Positions 1-14,839 of a stretch of 64,000 bases of DNA are shown piece by piece (position 1 is the first letter of the stretch; each line of letters opens with the position of its first letter). The translations under genes and the position numbers were made by a program. Below the pieces are notes generated by a model. It did no database searches and was not told the origin of the DNA. It saw only the letters and a program-made list of their open reading frames with translations. Origin of the DNA: an uncultured Gemmatimonadales bacterium (GTDB lineage: Bacteria; Gemmatimonadota; Gemmatimonadetes; Palauibacterales; Palauibacteraceae); NCBI GenBank assembly GCA_963783385.1, contig CAWANJ010000001.1, positions 544,001-608,000 of the forward strand. Reading direction: 5' to 3'.

Positions 1-59
1 CAAGCGAATACCCGCGTCCGCCGGGCACATCCGTCTCCCGGATCCCTGCGCCCGACCCC

Positions 60-2213
60 GTGAAGCCGGGGGGCCTCCTCCGGCGGTGGTACCGGCGCCT
101 CGGACCACGCGGGCGCTGGCTCATGCTCACCGCCTTCCTGTCCCTCCTGGGGCTGGGCACGGGCCTGGCCTGGGGCGCCTGGACGCACGTCTGTGATGAC
201 TGCCCTTCGATCGCGCAGATCTATGCGTTCCAGCCCAAGGAGGCGACGCGCGTGTTCGCGGACGATGGGAGCCTCCTGGCGGAGCTGGCCGTGGAGCGGC
301 GCACGGCCGTGGCCTATCGGGCCCTGCCCTGGTACGTCCCGCAGGCGTTCGTGGCCATCGAGGACAAGCGCTTCTGGCACCACCACGGGATCGACCTGCT
401 GCGCACCCTGCGGGCCGGGATCGAGTTCGCCCTGCACGGCTACGACGTGGCCGGCGGCAGCACGATCACCCAGCAGCTGGCCGGCAACATGTTCCCGAGC
501 GCCGTCAACCGGCAGAAGCTATCGATCCGGCGCAAGCTCAAGGAGATGCACGTCGCGCTGGATCTCGAGAGCGCCTACACCAAGCAGGAGATCCTCGGGG
601 CCTACCTGAACCAGATCAACTTCGGCCGCGGCCACTACGGGGTGCAGAGCGCCGCCCGCTGGCTGTTCGGCGAGGACGCGCGTGACCTGAACCTCCCCGA
701 GGCGGCGCTCCTGGCCGCCCTGCCCAAGGCACCCGAGCGCTACTCGCCCATCGAGCATCCCGAGCGGGCTGTCGTACGCCGCAACCTGGTCCTGCAGGAG
801 ATGGAGGACCATGGCATGATCGATCGGGGCACGGCCGAGGCGGCCAAGGCCTATCCCCTTGCCCTCCATAGCGAGACCGAGAACGAGGGGACGGCCCCCT
901 ACTTCGTGGAGTGGGTGCGCCAGCAGCTCATGGACCGCTACGGCCCGCAGATCTACGAGGCGGGCCTCCGGGTGTACACGACCCTCGACCCGGGCCTCCA
1001 GAGCGTGGCGGATTCGGCGCTGCACGCCCAGCTCGACTGGGTCGAGCAGCAGCCCGGCTTCCAGGGCCCCACGTTCCAGGTCACGCGGAGCTGGCCGGAG
1101 GAGAAGCTCAACGGGACCGAGATACCGTACGTCCAGGGGCTATTCATCGCGCTCGACCCGCACACCGGCAACGTCCTGTCTCTCATCGGCGGGCGCGACT
1201 TCGACGACTCGGAGTTCGACCGGGCCACCCAGGCCCTGCGTCAGCCCGGCTCGGTGTTCAAGCCGTTCGTGTACACGGCGGCCATCGCCAGCGGCATCCC
1301 GGTCTCGGAGATCTTCTACGACACGCCCGTCGAGATCGTGCTCCCCGACAGCTCGATCTACTCGCCCAAGGACTTCGGCGGCGACTTCCTCGGGCCCATC
1401 ACCATGCGCGAGGCGCTGTACCGCTCCATCAACGTGGTGGCGGTCAAGGTCGGCCAGAAGGTGGGCGAGGAGGCCATCGCGCAGTACGCCCACGCGCTCG
1501 GGATCACCACCGAGATCCCTCGCGTCCCCTCCGTGGCCATCGGGTCGGCGTCCGTGATCCCGATCGAGATCGCCGAGGCGTACACGACCTTCGCCAACGA
1601 GGGGGTGCGGGTGACGCCGCGGGCCATCCTCCGGGTGGAGGACTCGGACGGCAACGTGCTGTGGAGCAGCCAGGTGCAGAGGGAGGACGTCCTCGACCGG
1701 CGCGTCTCCTACATCATGCTCTCCCTGCTCCGCGACGTGGTGGACCAGCCGTACGGCACGGGTCGGGTCGTGCGCCGCGACGGCGTGCCGGCCGACGTCC
1801 CCGTGGCCGGGAAGACCGGCACGACCAACGATGCGACGGACGCGTGGTTCGTGGGACTGACGCCGGACATCGTGACCACCAGCTGGGTGGGCTTCGACCG
1901 ACCCCGCCACCTCCACTACAACGCGCAGGGCGGCCTGGACGCCGCTCCGATCAACGCCGCCGTGCTCAAGTGGTACTACGATCACCATCCGGTGCCGGCC
2001 CCGTGGCCCCAGCCCGAGGGACTCGTGCACGACAGCGTGGACCAGTCGACGGGCATGCTGGCCACCCAGTGGTGCCCGCCGGACTCCGTCTACCAGGAGG
2101 TCTTCCTGCCGGGCACGGAGCCGAGGCCGTGTGACGTGCACGGTCCCTGGTCCAGCGTGCGGCGTCGCGACAGCCTCGGCCTCGACACCCTGGACTACCG
2201 CCCGCGGCGCTGA
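60..2213 (+). CDS. mrcA: Class A penicillin-binding protein 1A (transglycosylase/transpeptidase)
   Basis: N-terminal TM anchor; GT51 motifs EDKRFWHHHGID and GGSTITQQL; transpeptidase SVFK, SIN and KTG motifs. Confidence 0.92.
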   Translation: MKPGGLLRRWYRRLGPRGRWLMLTAFLSLLGLGTGLAWGAWTHVCDDCPSIAQIYAFQPKEATRVFADDGSLLAELAVERRTAVAYRALPWYVPQAFVAIEDKRFWHHHGIDLLRTLRAGIEFALHGYDVAGGSTITQQLAGNMFPSAVNRQKLSIRRKLKEMHVALDLESAYTKQEILGAYLNQINFGRGHYGVQSAARWLFGEDARDLNLPEAALLAALPKAPERYSPIEHPERAVVRRNLVLQEMEDHGMIDRGTAEAAKAYPLALHSETENEGTAPYFVEWVRQQLMDRYGPQIYEAGLRVYTTLDPGLQSVADSALHAQLDWVEQQPGFQGPTFQVTRSWPEEKLNGTEIPYVQGLFIALDPHTGNVLSLIGGRDFDDSEFDRATQALRQPGSVFKPFVYTAAIASGIPVSEIFYDTPVEIVLPDSSIYSPKDFGGDFLGPITMREALYRSINVVAVKVGQKVGEEAIAQYAHALGITTEIPRVPSVAIGSASVIPIEIAEAYTTFANEGVRVTPRAILRVEDSDGNVLWSSQVQREDVLDRRVSYIMLSLLRDVVDQPYGTGRVVRRDGVPADVPVAGKTGTTNDATDAWFVGLTPDIVTTSWVGFDRPRHLHYNAQGGLDAAPINAAVLKWYYDHHPVPAPWPQPEGLVHDSVDQSTGMLATQWCPPDSVYQEVFLPGTEPRPCDVHGPWSSVRRRDSLGLDTLDYRPRR

Positions 2214-2268
2214 GCCGACGCCGGAGCCGGGCGGGGCGAGCGCGCGGCGGGGCGGACGCGAGCGCGCC

Positions 2269-3625
2269 TCAGCCGATCGGCTCGACCCCCTGCGGCGTGA
2301 CCCGGTAGCGCACCCGCCGGCTCTCCCAGCGCAGCGCGGCCGAGCCGGGAGCCGGCCGGGCGGGGCCGATCCGTACCGCCGCGCCCAGACGGTCCATCGC
2401 CCGGTGCGCGTCCGACTCGCTGCGGGCGTGGACGAGCGCCGCCACGGCGCCCTCCTCCACGTCGTCCCCCGGCCGGAGGCGCAGCTCGATTCCCACGGCC
2501 GGGTCCACCGGCTGCCCCATTCGGCGACGCCCCGCGCCCAGCTCCACCGCCGCCAGCCCCACCTGCCGCGCCCCCACGACGTGCACCCAGCCCGAGGCCG
2601 GAGCGCGCCACGGGACCCGGACCGGAGCGGCGGGGAGACGGTCGGGCTCCTCCACGACCGAGGGATCCCCGCCCTGGCGCTCGATCAGCTCGGCGAACCG
2701 CCGGGCCGCCGTCCCGCCCCGGAGGAGATCGGAAAGACGGCCTCGCGCTTCCTCCCGGTCCTCCCCCTCCCGGACGACCCCCGGGAGCTCGGTCGCCAGC
2801 GCCAGCGTCACCTCCTCGAGGTCCGCGGGACCTCGACCGTGCAGACAATCGATCGCCTCACGCACCTCGAGGGCGTTGCCCACGGCGCGGCCGAGCGGAG
2901 CCTCCATCCCGGTGACCAGCGCCGTGGCGGCCAGCCCCTCCCGGCCGGCCAGCTCGACCAGGGTCCGGGCCAGGGCCAGGGCTCCTTCCTCTCGTCGCAT
3001 GAACGCCCCGTCGCCGCACGTCACGTCCAGGACCAGCGCTTCGATCCCCTCGGCCACCTTCTTGGAGACGATGCTGGACGCGATGAGGGGCATCGAGGGC
3101 ACGGTGCCGGTCACGTCCCGCAGCGCGTACAGGCGACCGTCCAGCGGCGTCAGGTCGGGGCTCTGGCCCACCATCGCGCAGCCCACCTCGTCGACGATGC
3201 GGGCGAAAGCCTCGAGGTCGATGTCCGTCCGGAAGCCCGGGATGGACTCGAGCTTGTCGAGCGTGCCGCCGGTGTGTCCGAGGCCGCGTCCCGACATCAT
3301 CGGCACGCGCACGCCCGCGACCGCGAGCAGCGGGGCGAGGACGAGCGACACCTTGTCCCCCACGCCTCCGGTCGAGTGCTTGTCGACCGCGGGCGGGGCG
3401 CCGGGGCGCCGGAAGTCCAGCCGCCGACCGGACTCGATCATGGCGCGCGTGAGCGTGGTGAGCTCGGCGGTCGAGAGGCCCTGGAAGTAGACCGCCATGA
3501 GCAGCGCTGACATTCTGGTAGTCGGCGACCTCGCCGGCCTGGAAGCCGTCGAGGAAGGCCCGAAGGTCCGCCGCCTCCAGCTCCTCTCCGTCACGCTTCC
3601 GCTCGATGAGCTCGCTGGCTAGCAT
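2269..3625 (-). CDS. pdp: Thymidine/pyrimidine-nucleoside phosphorylase (frameshift at ~3514)
   Basis: MLASELIERKRDG N-terminus in one frame; MSALLMAVYFQG, VDKHSTGGVGDK and GRGLGHTGGTLDKLE in the next; one extra base at 3513/3514. Confidence 0.88.
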
Positions 3626-3710
3626 CGCATCGGCCTCCTGGCTACGATTCGGATCGGGCGTGGACCGTCCACGCCCGTCATCCGACCCGATTTCGCGGGA
3701 GAGGCCATCG

Positions 3711-4658
3711 ATGAGCCTCCGCCTCCCGTTCGCGCGGCCCGGCGCATGCCGGGCGCTCACGCTCGCCCGGCTCGGGCTCGCCGCCGCGGCCGCCGTGGGC
3801 TGGATGTCCGCGACGCCGCTCGCGGGCCAGCAGACCGCACCCGCCGACACGGCGACGTCCACGACGGCGCCCTGCCCATGGCCGGCGACGCCCGGCGTGC
3901 CCTGGGCCGACACGGCGGCGGCCGCCGCCCATTCGGCTGCCGTGGGCGCCCCCCCCGACCGGCGAGCCGCCCTCCTCGCGGAAGGGGACTCCGCCTACGC
4001 CCTCGGCCGACACACGACCGCCTACACGGCCTTCGCCGAGGCCGCGCGAGACTCGGCCACCTACGAGGCGCTCTGGAAGGCCGCACGGGCCGCCGTGGAC
4101 GTCGGGCAGGGTATCCAGGACGAGGACGACGCGCACGGGTGGTACCAGCGGGGAGAGACATGGGCGCGCCGAGCCATCCAGCTCCGTGGCGACCGGCCGG
4201 AGGACCACTTCGTTCTGGCCGAGGCGCTCGGCCTCATCGCCCTGGACGTCGGCGTCCGCCAGCGAGTCCGGATGGCGACCGAGATCCGGTCGGAGGCCCT
4301 GGCCACGATCGCGGCGGACAGCGACTACGCCGGAGGCTGGCACATCCTGGGACGCTGGAACGAGGGCATCATGGACCTCAGCGGAGCGGCCCGTTTCTTC
4401 GCCAGGGCCTTCCTCGGGGCGCAGGTGTTCGGAGAGGCCAGCTGGGAGAAGGCCGAGAGCGACCTGGCTCGGGCCGCCCGCCTGGAGCCGACCCGAATCG
4501 TCAACCGTCTCGAGCTGGGCCGCGTGTACATGAAGACCGATCAGCCCGAGAAGGCGAGGGCCGAGCTCCAGGCGACCCTGGCGCTTCCGCCGCAGGACGA
4601 GCAGGACTGCGATTACCTGGGCGAGGCAAGGGACCTCCTGGAGCAGCTCAGAGGTTGA
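3711..4658 (+). CDS. Exported TPR-like helical repeat protein
   Basis: GGGAGAGG before ATG 3711; signal-peptide-like N-terminus; Ala-rich helical TPR-like repeats. Confidence 0.65.
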   Translation: MSLRLPFARPGACRALTLARLGLAAAAAVGWMSATPLAGQQTAPADTATSTTAPCPWPATPGVPWADTAAAAAHSAAVGAPPDRRAALLAEGDSAYALGRHTTAYTAFAEAARDSATYEALWKAARAAVDVGQGIQDEDDAHGWYQRGETWARRAIQLRGDRPEDHFVLAEALGLIALDVGVRQRVRMATEIRSEALATIAADSDYAGGWHILGRWNEGIMDLSGAARFFARAFLGAQVFGEASWEKAESDLARAARLEPTRIVNRLELGRVYMKTDQPEKARAELQATLALPPQDEQDCDYLGEARDLLEQLRG

Positions 4659-4977
4659 GCTTCTCGCGTCCCTTACGAACGCCGCTGCGAACCTGCTCTC
4701 CCGAACGCTCCACCCGCCTTCTCACCTCGTCGCCCGACCGCTCGGCGACCTTTCGGGCGTCGCTGGCCACGCGGCGCACGTCGTCGGCGGCCCGCTGCAG
4801 CCCCTCCTCGGCCCGCTCTCCCAGGTCCTCGGCGGCGCGCCGCAGGCGGCGCCGCGTGTGCCGGCCGCTCCGAGGTGCCAGCAGCAGGGCGGCGCCCGCG
4901 CCAAGGAGACCTCCCACGATCATCCCTGCGATGAACTCGACGGCACCAACGTCCTCTTCGTATCCGCGCTCGCTCAT
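4648..4977 (-). CDS. YtxH domain protein
   Basis: FIAGMIVGGLLGAGAALLLAPRSGRHTRRRL is the YtxH signature, followed by a coiled coil. Confidence 0.85.
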   Translation of the reverse strand: MSERGYEEDVGAVEFIAGMIVGGLLGAGAALLLAPRSGRHTRRRLRRAAEDLGERAEEGLQRAADDVRRVASDARKVAERSGDEVRRRVERSGEQVRSGVRKGREKLNL

Positions 4978-5079
4978 GGCCGCACTCCCGCGCCGGTGAC
5001 ACTGACCTCTGTCTCGCTCGAGCCTGTCTGGCGATCACGAAGCGCAACGCTCGTGCCGCGCCGGCGACCGACGCGACTC

Positions 5080-5108
5080 TTGAAGGAGCCGCTTGCCGGA
5101 CCTAGCTT
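5080..5108 (+). promoter_or_regulatory. Putative sigma70-type promoter of the V4R-ruvX-mltG-thiE operon
   Basis: TTGAAG-N17-TAGCTT; the same -10 hexamer recurs at 19817 and 53938. Confidence 0.4.
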
Positions 5109-5138
5109 GCGCGGTCCGCTCACCAGAGGAGAATCTTC

Positions 5139-5654
5139 GTGCACGAGGCCCATCCAACCGTCCGACTTCCAGCGGCCGTCCTGGCCGACCTGGTCCGCCG
5201 TTGCGAGCTCGCCGGACCCGACGCCGTGGGGGCCCTGAGGGGGGCCGGACGGCTGGCCGGGACGGAGCTGCTCGAGGTCGTGGCCGATCGGGCCGACCCG
5301 GAGCGAGCCGGTCGCACGGCCTTCTGGGAAGCGGTGGGCGCCGAGCTGGACGGCATGGGATTCGGGCCCGTGGCCTACGAGGTCCTCACGGGCGGCATCG
5401 CCTCCATCCTCCTGCCCGAGCTGCCCGAGGCCGCCGAGCGTCACGATCACCCGGGGTGTCCCTTCACCACCGGGATGCTCGCCGGACTGCTGGGCGGAGC
5501 GGCGGGCGAGACGGTGGCCGTGCTGGAGGTGGAGTGCCGCGCCGGCGGGCACCGCGCGTGCCGCTTCCTGGCGGGGGCGGAGCACCGCCTCCGCACGGTC
5601 CGGGAGCGGCTCATGGGGGGCGACTCCCTGTCGGAGGCGCTGGAGGGCCTCTGA
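5139..5654 (+). CDS. Stand-alone V4R domain protein
   Basis: GCPFTTGMLAGLL...VLEVECRAGGHRACRF V4R motif; AGAGGAG SD before GTG. Confidence 0.75.
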   Translation: MHEAHPTVRLPAAVLADLVRRCELAGPDAVGALRGAGRLAGTELLEVVADRADPERAGRTAFWEAVGAELDGMGFGPVAYEVLTGGIASILLPELPEAAERHDHPGCPFTTGMLAGLLGGAAGETVAVLEVECRAGGHRACRFLAGAEHRLRTVRERLMGGDSLSEALEGL

Positions 5655-6085
5655 GCCGGCCACCCGGGCGCGCCGTGGCGCTGGACTACGGTCGCAGCCG
5701 GATCGGCGTGGCCGTCTCCGACCCCACCCGCATGATCGCGTCGCCCCATTCGACGATCTCGAACGCGGGCGAGCCCACCCAGCCCCCCGCCGCCCTCCTC
5801 GCGCTCCTCGAGGAGCTCGGAGCGACCACCATCGTGCTGGGTATCCCTCTCCAGATGGACGGAACGGCAGGGGAGATGGCGCAGGAGACCAGGGAGTTCG
5901 GGCGCCGTTTGGCAGAAGCCACCTCGATCCCGATCGTCGAGTGGGACGAGCGTCTCACCTCCGCCGGAGCGGAGCGGACGCTCAGGGAGGCCGGGGCGTC
6001 GCGCAGGAAGCGCCGCGACAAGGCGAGCGTGGACCGACTCGCCGCGGCCATGGTTCTGCGGGCGTACCTGGCCTCGAACGGGTGA
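5651..6085 (+). CDS. ruvX: YqgF/RuvX pre-16S rRNA nuclease / resolvase-like protein
   Basis: ALDYGRSRIGVAVSD, GIPLQMDG, WDERLTS and DRLAAAMVL motifs; start is CTG 5651 or GTG 5675. Confidence 0.9.
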   Translation: MSRPPGRAVALDYGRSRIGVAVSDPTRMIASPHSTISNAGEPTQPPAALLALLEELGATTIVLGIPLQMDGTAGEMAQETREFGRRLAEATSIPIVEWDERLTSAGAERTLREAGASRRKRRDKASVDRLAAAMVLRAYLASNG

Positions 6086-6092
6086 GGACCCG

Positions 6093-7115
6093 GTGAGGCG
6101 GGGGGGAGCCCGAACGCCGCAGGCGCTCCTCCTCCTGGCTGCCGGGCTCCTGCTCGCGGCCTGCTCCGGGGGGACGCGCGGGCGCGAGGTCGACGTGCGC
6201 ATCCAGCGCGGCTCCGGGGCGCTCCGCATTGGCCGCGAGCTCGAGGCCGCCGGCCTCATTGAGCACCCGCGCCTGTTCGCGCTCTACACGGGCCTCCGGG
6301 GCGCCGAGGATCGACTCAAGGCGGGACACTATCGCTTCCGGATCGGGGAGAGCTGGTCCTCGCTCCTGTCCGCCATGGAGGAGGGTCGCGTCGTCACCCT
6401 GCGGGTCACCATCCCCGAGGGCTTCACCATCGACGAGATCGCCCCCCGGGTCGCCTACGTGGCCGAAGTCGCTTCCGACTCGGTCCGGGACCTGGCCGAC
6501 GACACGGCGGTGGCCCGCGCCCTGGATGTCCCCGGACCCACGCTCGAGGGGTACCTGTTCCCCGACACGTACCGCTTCGCTGAGGGGGTCGACCCCGAGG
6601 ACGCCCTGTCCGCGATGGTGCGCCGATACCGGGAGTTCTGGGACGCCGAGAAGCGGGCGCGCATGAAGGCGATCGGGCTCGACGAGCGCCAGGTGGTGAC
6701 CCTGGCGAGCATCGTGGAGAAGGAGGCGCGGCGGGCCGAGGAGCGTCCGATCATCGCCGGCGTCTACCTGAACCGGTTGCGGCGAGGCATGCGGCTCCAG
6801 GCCGACCCGACCGTCCAGTACGCGCTCGGCACCACCAAGGCACGCCTCCTCTACCGGGACATCGACAGCGTGGCCGACGATCCCTACAACACCTACACGC
6901 ACGCCGGGCTGCCGCCCGGACCCATCGCGTCGCCCGGTGCCGCCTCGCTGCGCGCCGTGCTGTGGCCGGCCGACGTCCCCTACCTGTACTTCGTCGCGCG
7001 ACCCGACGGCTCCCACGTGTTCTCGGTCACCGAGCGCCAGCACGTACGGGCCAAAAATCGGATACGGCGCGAGCGCGAGCGAGCGGCGGAGGACAGCGCG
7101 GGAGCGGGGCGCTGA
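6093..7115 (+). CDS. mltG: Endolytic transglycosylase MltG
   Basis: TIPEG, LEGYLFPDTY, LASIVEKE, LQADPTVQY and PYNTY..GLPPGPI motifs. Confidence 0.95.
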   Translation: MRRGGARTPQALLLLAAGLLLAACSGGTRGREVDVRIQRGSGALRIGRELEAAGLIEHPRLFALYTGLRGAEDRLKAGHYRFRIGESWSSLLSAMEEGRVVTLRVTIPEGFTIDEIAPRVAYVAEVASDSVRDLADDTAVARALDVPGPTLEGYLFPDTYRFAEGVDPEDALSAMVRRYREFWDAEKRARMKAIGLDERQVVTLASIVEKEARRAEERPIIAGVYLNRLRRGMRLQADPTVQYALGTTKARLLYRDIDSVADDPYNTYTHAGLPPGPIASPGAASLRAVLWPADVPYLYFVARPDGSHVFSVTERQHVRAKNRIRRERERAAEDSAGAGR

Positions 7116-7846
7116 CGAGCCTCGACGCGGGCGGGACGGGCGGCCCGGCCCCGGCCGATCCCGACGGGGCCCCGGCTGGCGTCCCGTCCCCGGACCCGCG
7201 GCTCCGTCTCATGGTGCTCACGGAGCCGCGGCCCGCCAGCGGGCTGCCCCTGGACGAGGTGGTGGAGGCCTGCCTCCGGGGAGGCGCCACCGCCGTCGAG
7301 CTCCGGCACGAGGGCGCCACGGGAGGGCTCCTCCTTCGCGAGGCGAAGCGTATCGGCGCCCTGGCACGCTCCCACGGGGCCCTGTTCCTGGTCAACGACC
7401 GCGCCGACGTGGCGCTGGCGGCCGGGGCGGACGGAGTCCACCTCGGTCCGGACGACCCTCCGGTCGAGGCCGTGCGCCGCATCGCCCCGGCGGGCTTCCT
7501 GATCGGCTGGTCCACCGATGACCCGATGTCCGCCCGGGAAGCCGCCGCCGCGGGCGCCGACTACGTGGGCGTGGGAGCCGTGTACGGGACGCGCAGCAAG
7601 CCTGGGCTCGAGGACGAGGCCATCGGCCCCGAACGGGTCGGCGAAGTGCTGCGGGCCTGCGGGCTTCCGGGCGTAGGAATCGGGGGGATTCGGCCCGGAA
7701 ACGCGGGGGCGGTGGCCAGGCAGGGAGCCGGAGTGGCCGTCCTCGGGGCACTCATGGGGGCCGCGGATCCCGGCGGGGTGGCGCGGATTCTGGCGGCCGA
7801 GGTGGCGGAAGCGTGGGGCGGGGCGGAAGGCGAGCGGGGGGTATAG
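7112..7846 (+). CDS. thiE: Thiamine-phosphate synthase
   Basis: VNDRADVALAAGADGVHLGPDD, DYVGVGAVYGTRSK and IGGI motifs; start is CTG 7112 or ATG 7211. Confidence 0.88.
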   Translation: MTSLDAGGTGGPAPADPDGAPAGVPSPDPRLRLMVLTEPRPASGLPLDEVVEACLRGGATAVELRHEGATGGLLLREAKRIGALARSHGALFLVNDRADVALAAGADGVHLGPDDPPVEAVRRIAPAGFLIGWSTDDPMSAREAAAAGADYVGVGAVYGTRSKPGLEDEAIGPERVGEVLRACGLPGVGIGGIRPGNAGAVARQGAGVAVLGALMGAADPGGVARILAAEVAEAWGGAEGERGV

Positions 7847-7854
7847 ACGTGCGG

Positions 7855-7891
7855 ACGCCCCGCGGCTTCCCGTGGGGGAAGTGCGGGGCGT
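7855..7891. terminator. GC-rich hairpin between convergent thiE and 5S rRNA
   Basis: ACGCCCCGC(G)GCTTCCC / GGGAAGTGCGGGGCGT inverted repeat; no clear U-tract. Confidence 0.55.
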
Positions 7892-7902
7892 GGGCGCAGG
7901 TG

Positions 7903-8022
7903 AGGCCGGCGGCGACCTACTCTCCCGGGGCGTCTCCGCCCGAGTACCATCGGCGCTGAGGGGCTTAACGACTGGGTTCGGGATGGGACCAGGTGTGGCC
8001 CCCTCGCTCGTGCCACCGACCT
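7903..8022 (-). rRNA. rrf: 5S rRNA
   Basis: Reverse complement contains CCCATCCCGAACCCAGTCGTTAAG and GCCGATGGTACT; terminal helix AGGTCGGTGGC/GCCGCCGGCCT. Confidence 0.97.
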
Positions 8023-8152
8023 TCGTCCGGGCGAGGGCGTGCGGCCCCGGTGGAGCGGGTCGCGGCGTCCTCGCGGATCGAAGGGCGAGGCAGGGGAAAG
8101 GGGAAGCGGGCCGAGCGCGGGGGCTCCGGCACGGAGCAGTGTGGGGATGAGG

Positions 8153-11211
<3,059 letters not shown>

Positions 11212-11334
11212 CTTACTCCTATCTCTACTCTCAACCTCGACGCTCTCGTGCCGGACGCTTCGCCCCCTACAGATCCGAAAACCCGTAGACGGAAAAGCCC
11301 CGCCCGGCTCGACTCGCTTCCCTTCCCTGCCTCG

Positions 11335-11348
11335 TTGTCAAAAAGCTC
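11335..11348 (-). promoter_or_regulatory. boxA-like antitermination element in the 23S leader
   Basis: Minus strand GAGCTTTTTGACAA resembles rrn boxA (TGCTCTTTAACA). Confidence 0.6.
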
Positions 11349-11396
11349 GTTGTTCCCATCACGGGCGGCCGCGAAGCGTTCCGTGGCGGGCCGGAA

Positions 11397-11426
11397 AACA
11401 TAGCTGTCGGAGGGGGTGCGCGTCAA
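11397..11426 (-). promoter_or_regulatory. Sigma70-type promoter for the 23S-5S unit
   Basis: TTGACG-N18-TATGTT followed by a GC-rich discriminator-like stretch. Confidence 0.6.
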
Positions 11427-11437
11427 CGGTGGGCGGG

Positions 11438-12116
11438 TCAGAAGCCCGGGAAGACGATGCCCGCCGCCACGGCCCGTTCGTGGCCTACCGTGGCGCCGAT
11501 CCGCAGCCGCCACGCCAGGCGGAAGTCGAGGTCGGCGCCGAGGTCCAGGTCCAGGTGTAGCTCGGTGTGACCGCCGCCGCCGAACCGGCGTCCGGGGCCC
11601 GGCGAGGAGCCGCGCACCCGGAGATCCAGGGCGAGTCGGGGCTCGATGTAGGGAATGAGCCCCACGTCGCCCACGGCCAGCCGACGCCCGAACGAGAATG
11701 CCGAACGGAACCCGGACCACGACCAGGTTCAGGTCGGGCACGCTCCCGATGCCGACGCCGCTCCCCCACGCCACGTCGAGGGGGAAGCGGTCGCTGGCCC
11801 GGTACAGCGCCCCACCGAGCTCGAGGCCGCCGCTGAGCCCCACGTGGCCGTCCGCGTCCTGGACCGCCGCCCGGAGTCCGTAGTCGACGACCCGCCCGGA
11901 GCGGCGCCAGGTAAGGAGCACGCCGAGGTTCCCACCGTCGGGGTCGGCCAGGTACAGGCCCATCCCGCGCTCGGAGTAGGGAGTCCAGAAGGAGGGTACG
12001 TCGAAGGCCTGGGCGTGGAGCGCGCCGCCCGGTCCGGGCAGGGCGGGACCCACACCGAGGAGCCCTGCCGCCAGCAGCAGGGCGATGGCCGGGGCGCAAC
12101 GGACAGAGGGTCGCAT
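11438..12116 (-). CDS. Hypothetical exported, probable outer-membrane beta-barrel protein (frameshift at ~11697)
   Basis: Signal peptide ending ALHA-Q; alternating hydrophobic strands; C-terminal Phe; removing one base at 11697/8 joins two ORFs. Confidence 0.55.
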
Positions 12117-12119
12117 GAT

Positions 12120-12383
12120 CTAGGGGCCCGCCCCGACCTCCCCCACTTCCTCGGCCAGCACGGTCACCTCGTCGTCGATAACCTGCAGGAAGCCATGGGC
12201 GATCCGGAGATGGCGCACCTCGCCGCCCGGACTCCGCACACGCAGCTCTCCCTCCCCGAGCAGGACCATCATGGGAGCGTGTCCCCGCAGGATCCCGACC
12301 AGCCCGTCGTAGGCGGGAGCCACCAGGCTGACCGCGTCGCCGTCGAAGCCCACGCGCTCGGGTGAGATCACCCGAACGTGCAT
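12120..12383 (-). CDS. atpC: ATP synthase epsilon subunit (short form)
   Basis: MHVRVISPE..., GILRGHAP and GFLQV motifs; last atp gene; alternative start at 12407. Confidence 0.9.
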   Translation of the reverse strand: MHVRVISPERVGFDGDAVSLVAPAYDGLVGILRGHAPMMVLLGEGELRVRSPGGEVRHLRIAHGFLQVIDDEVTVLAEEVGEVGAGP

Positions 12384-12429
12384 CGAGCCGGATCCCGCGG
12401 GGCTCATGGGAGCGTACGCCCTGCGAAGC

Positions 12430-14791
<2,362 letters not shown>

Positions 14792-14839
14792 CGCGTCAGC
14801 CGCTCATCCGCACGGTTCCCTCGCCTCGCTCCCCGACGT

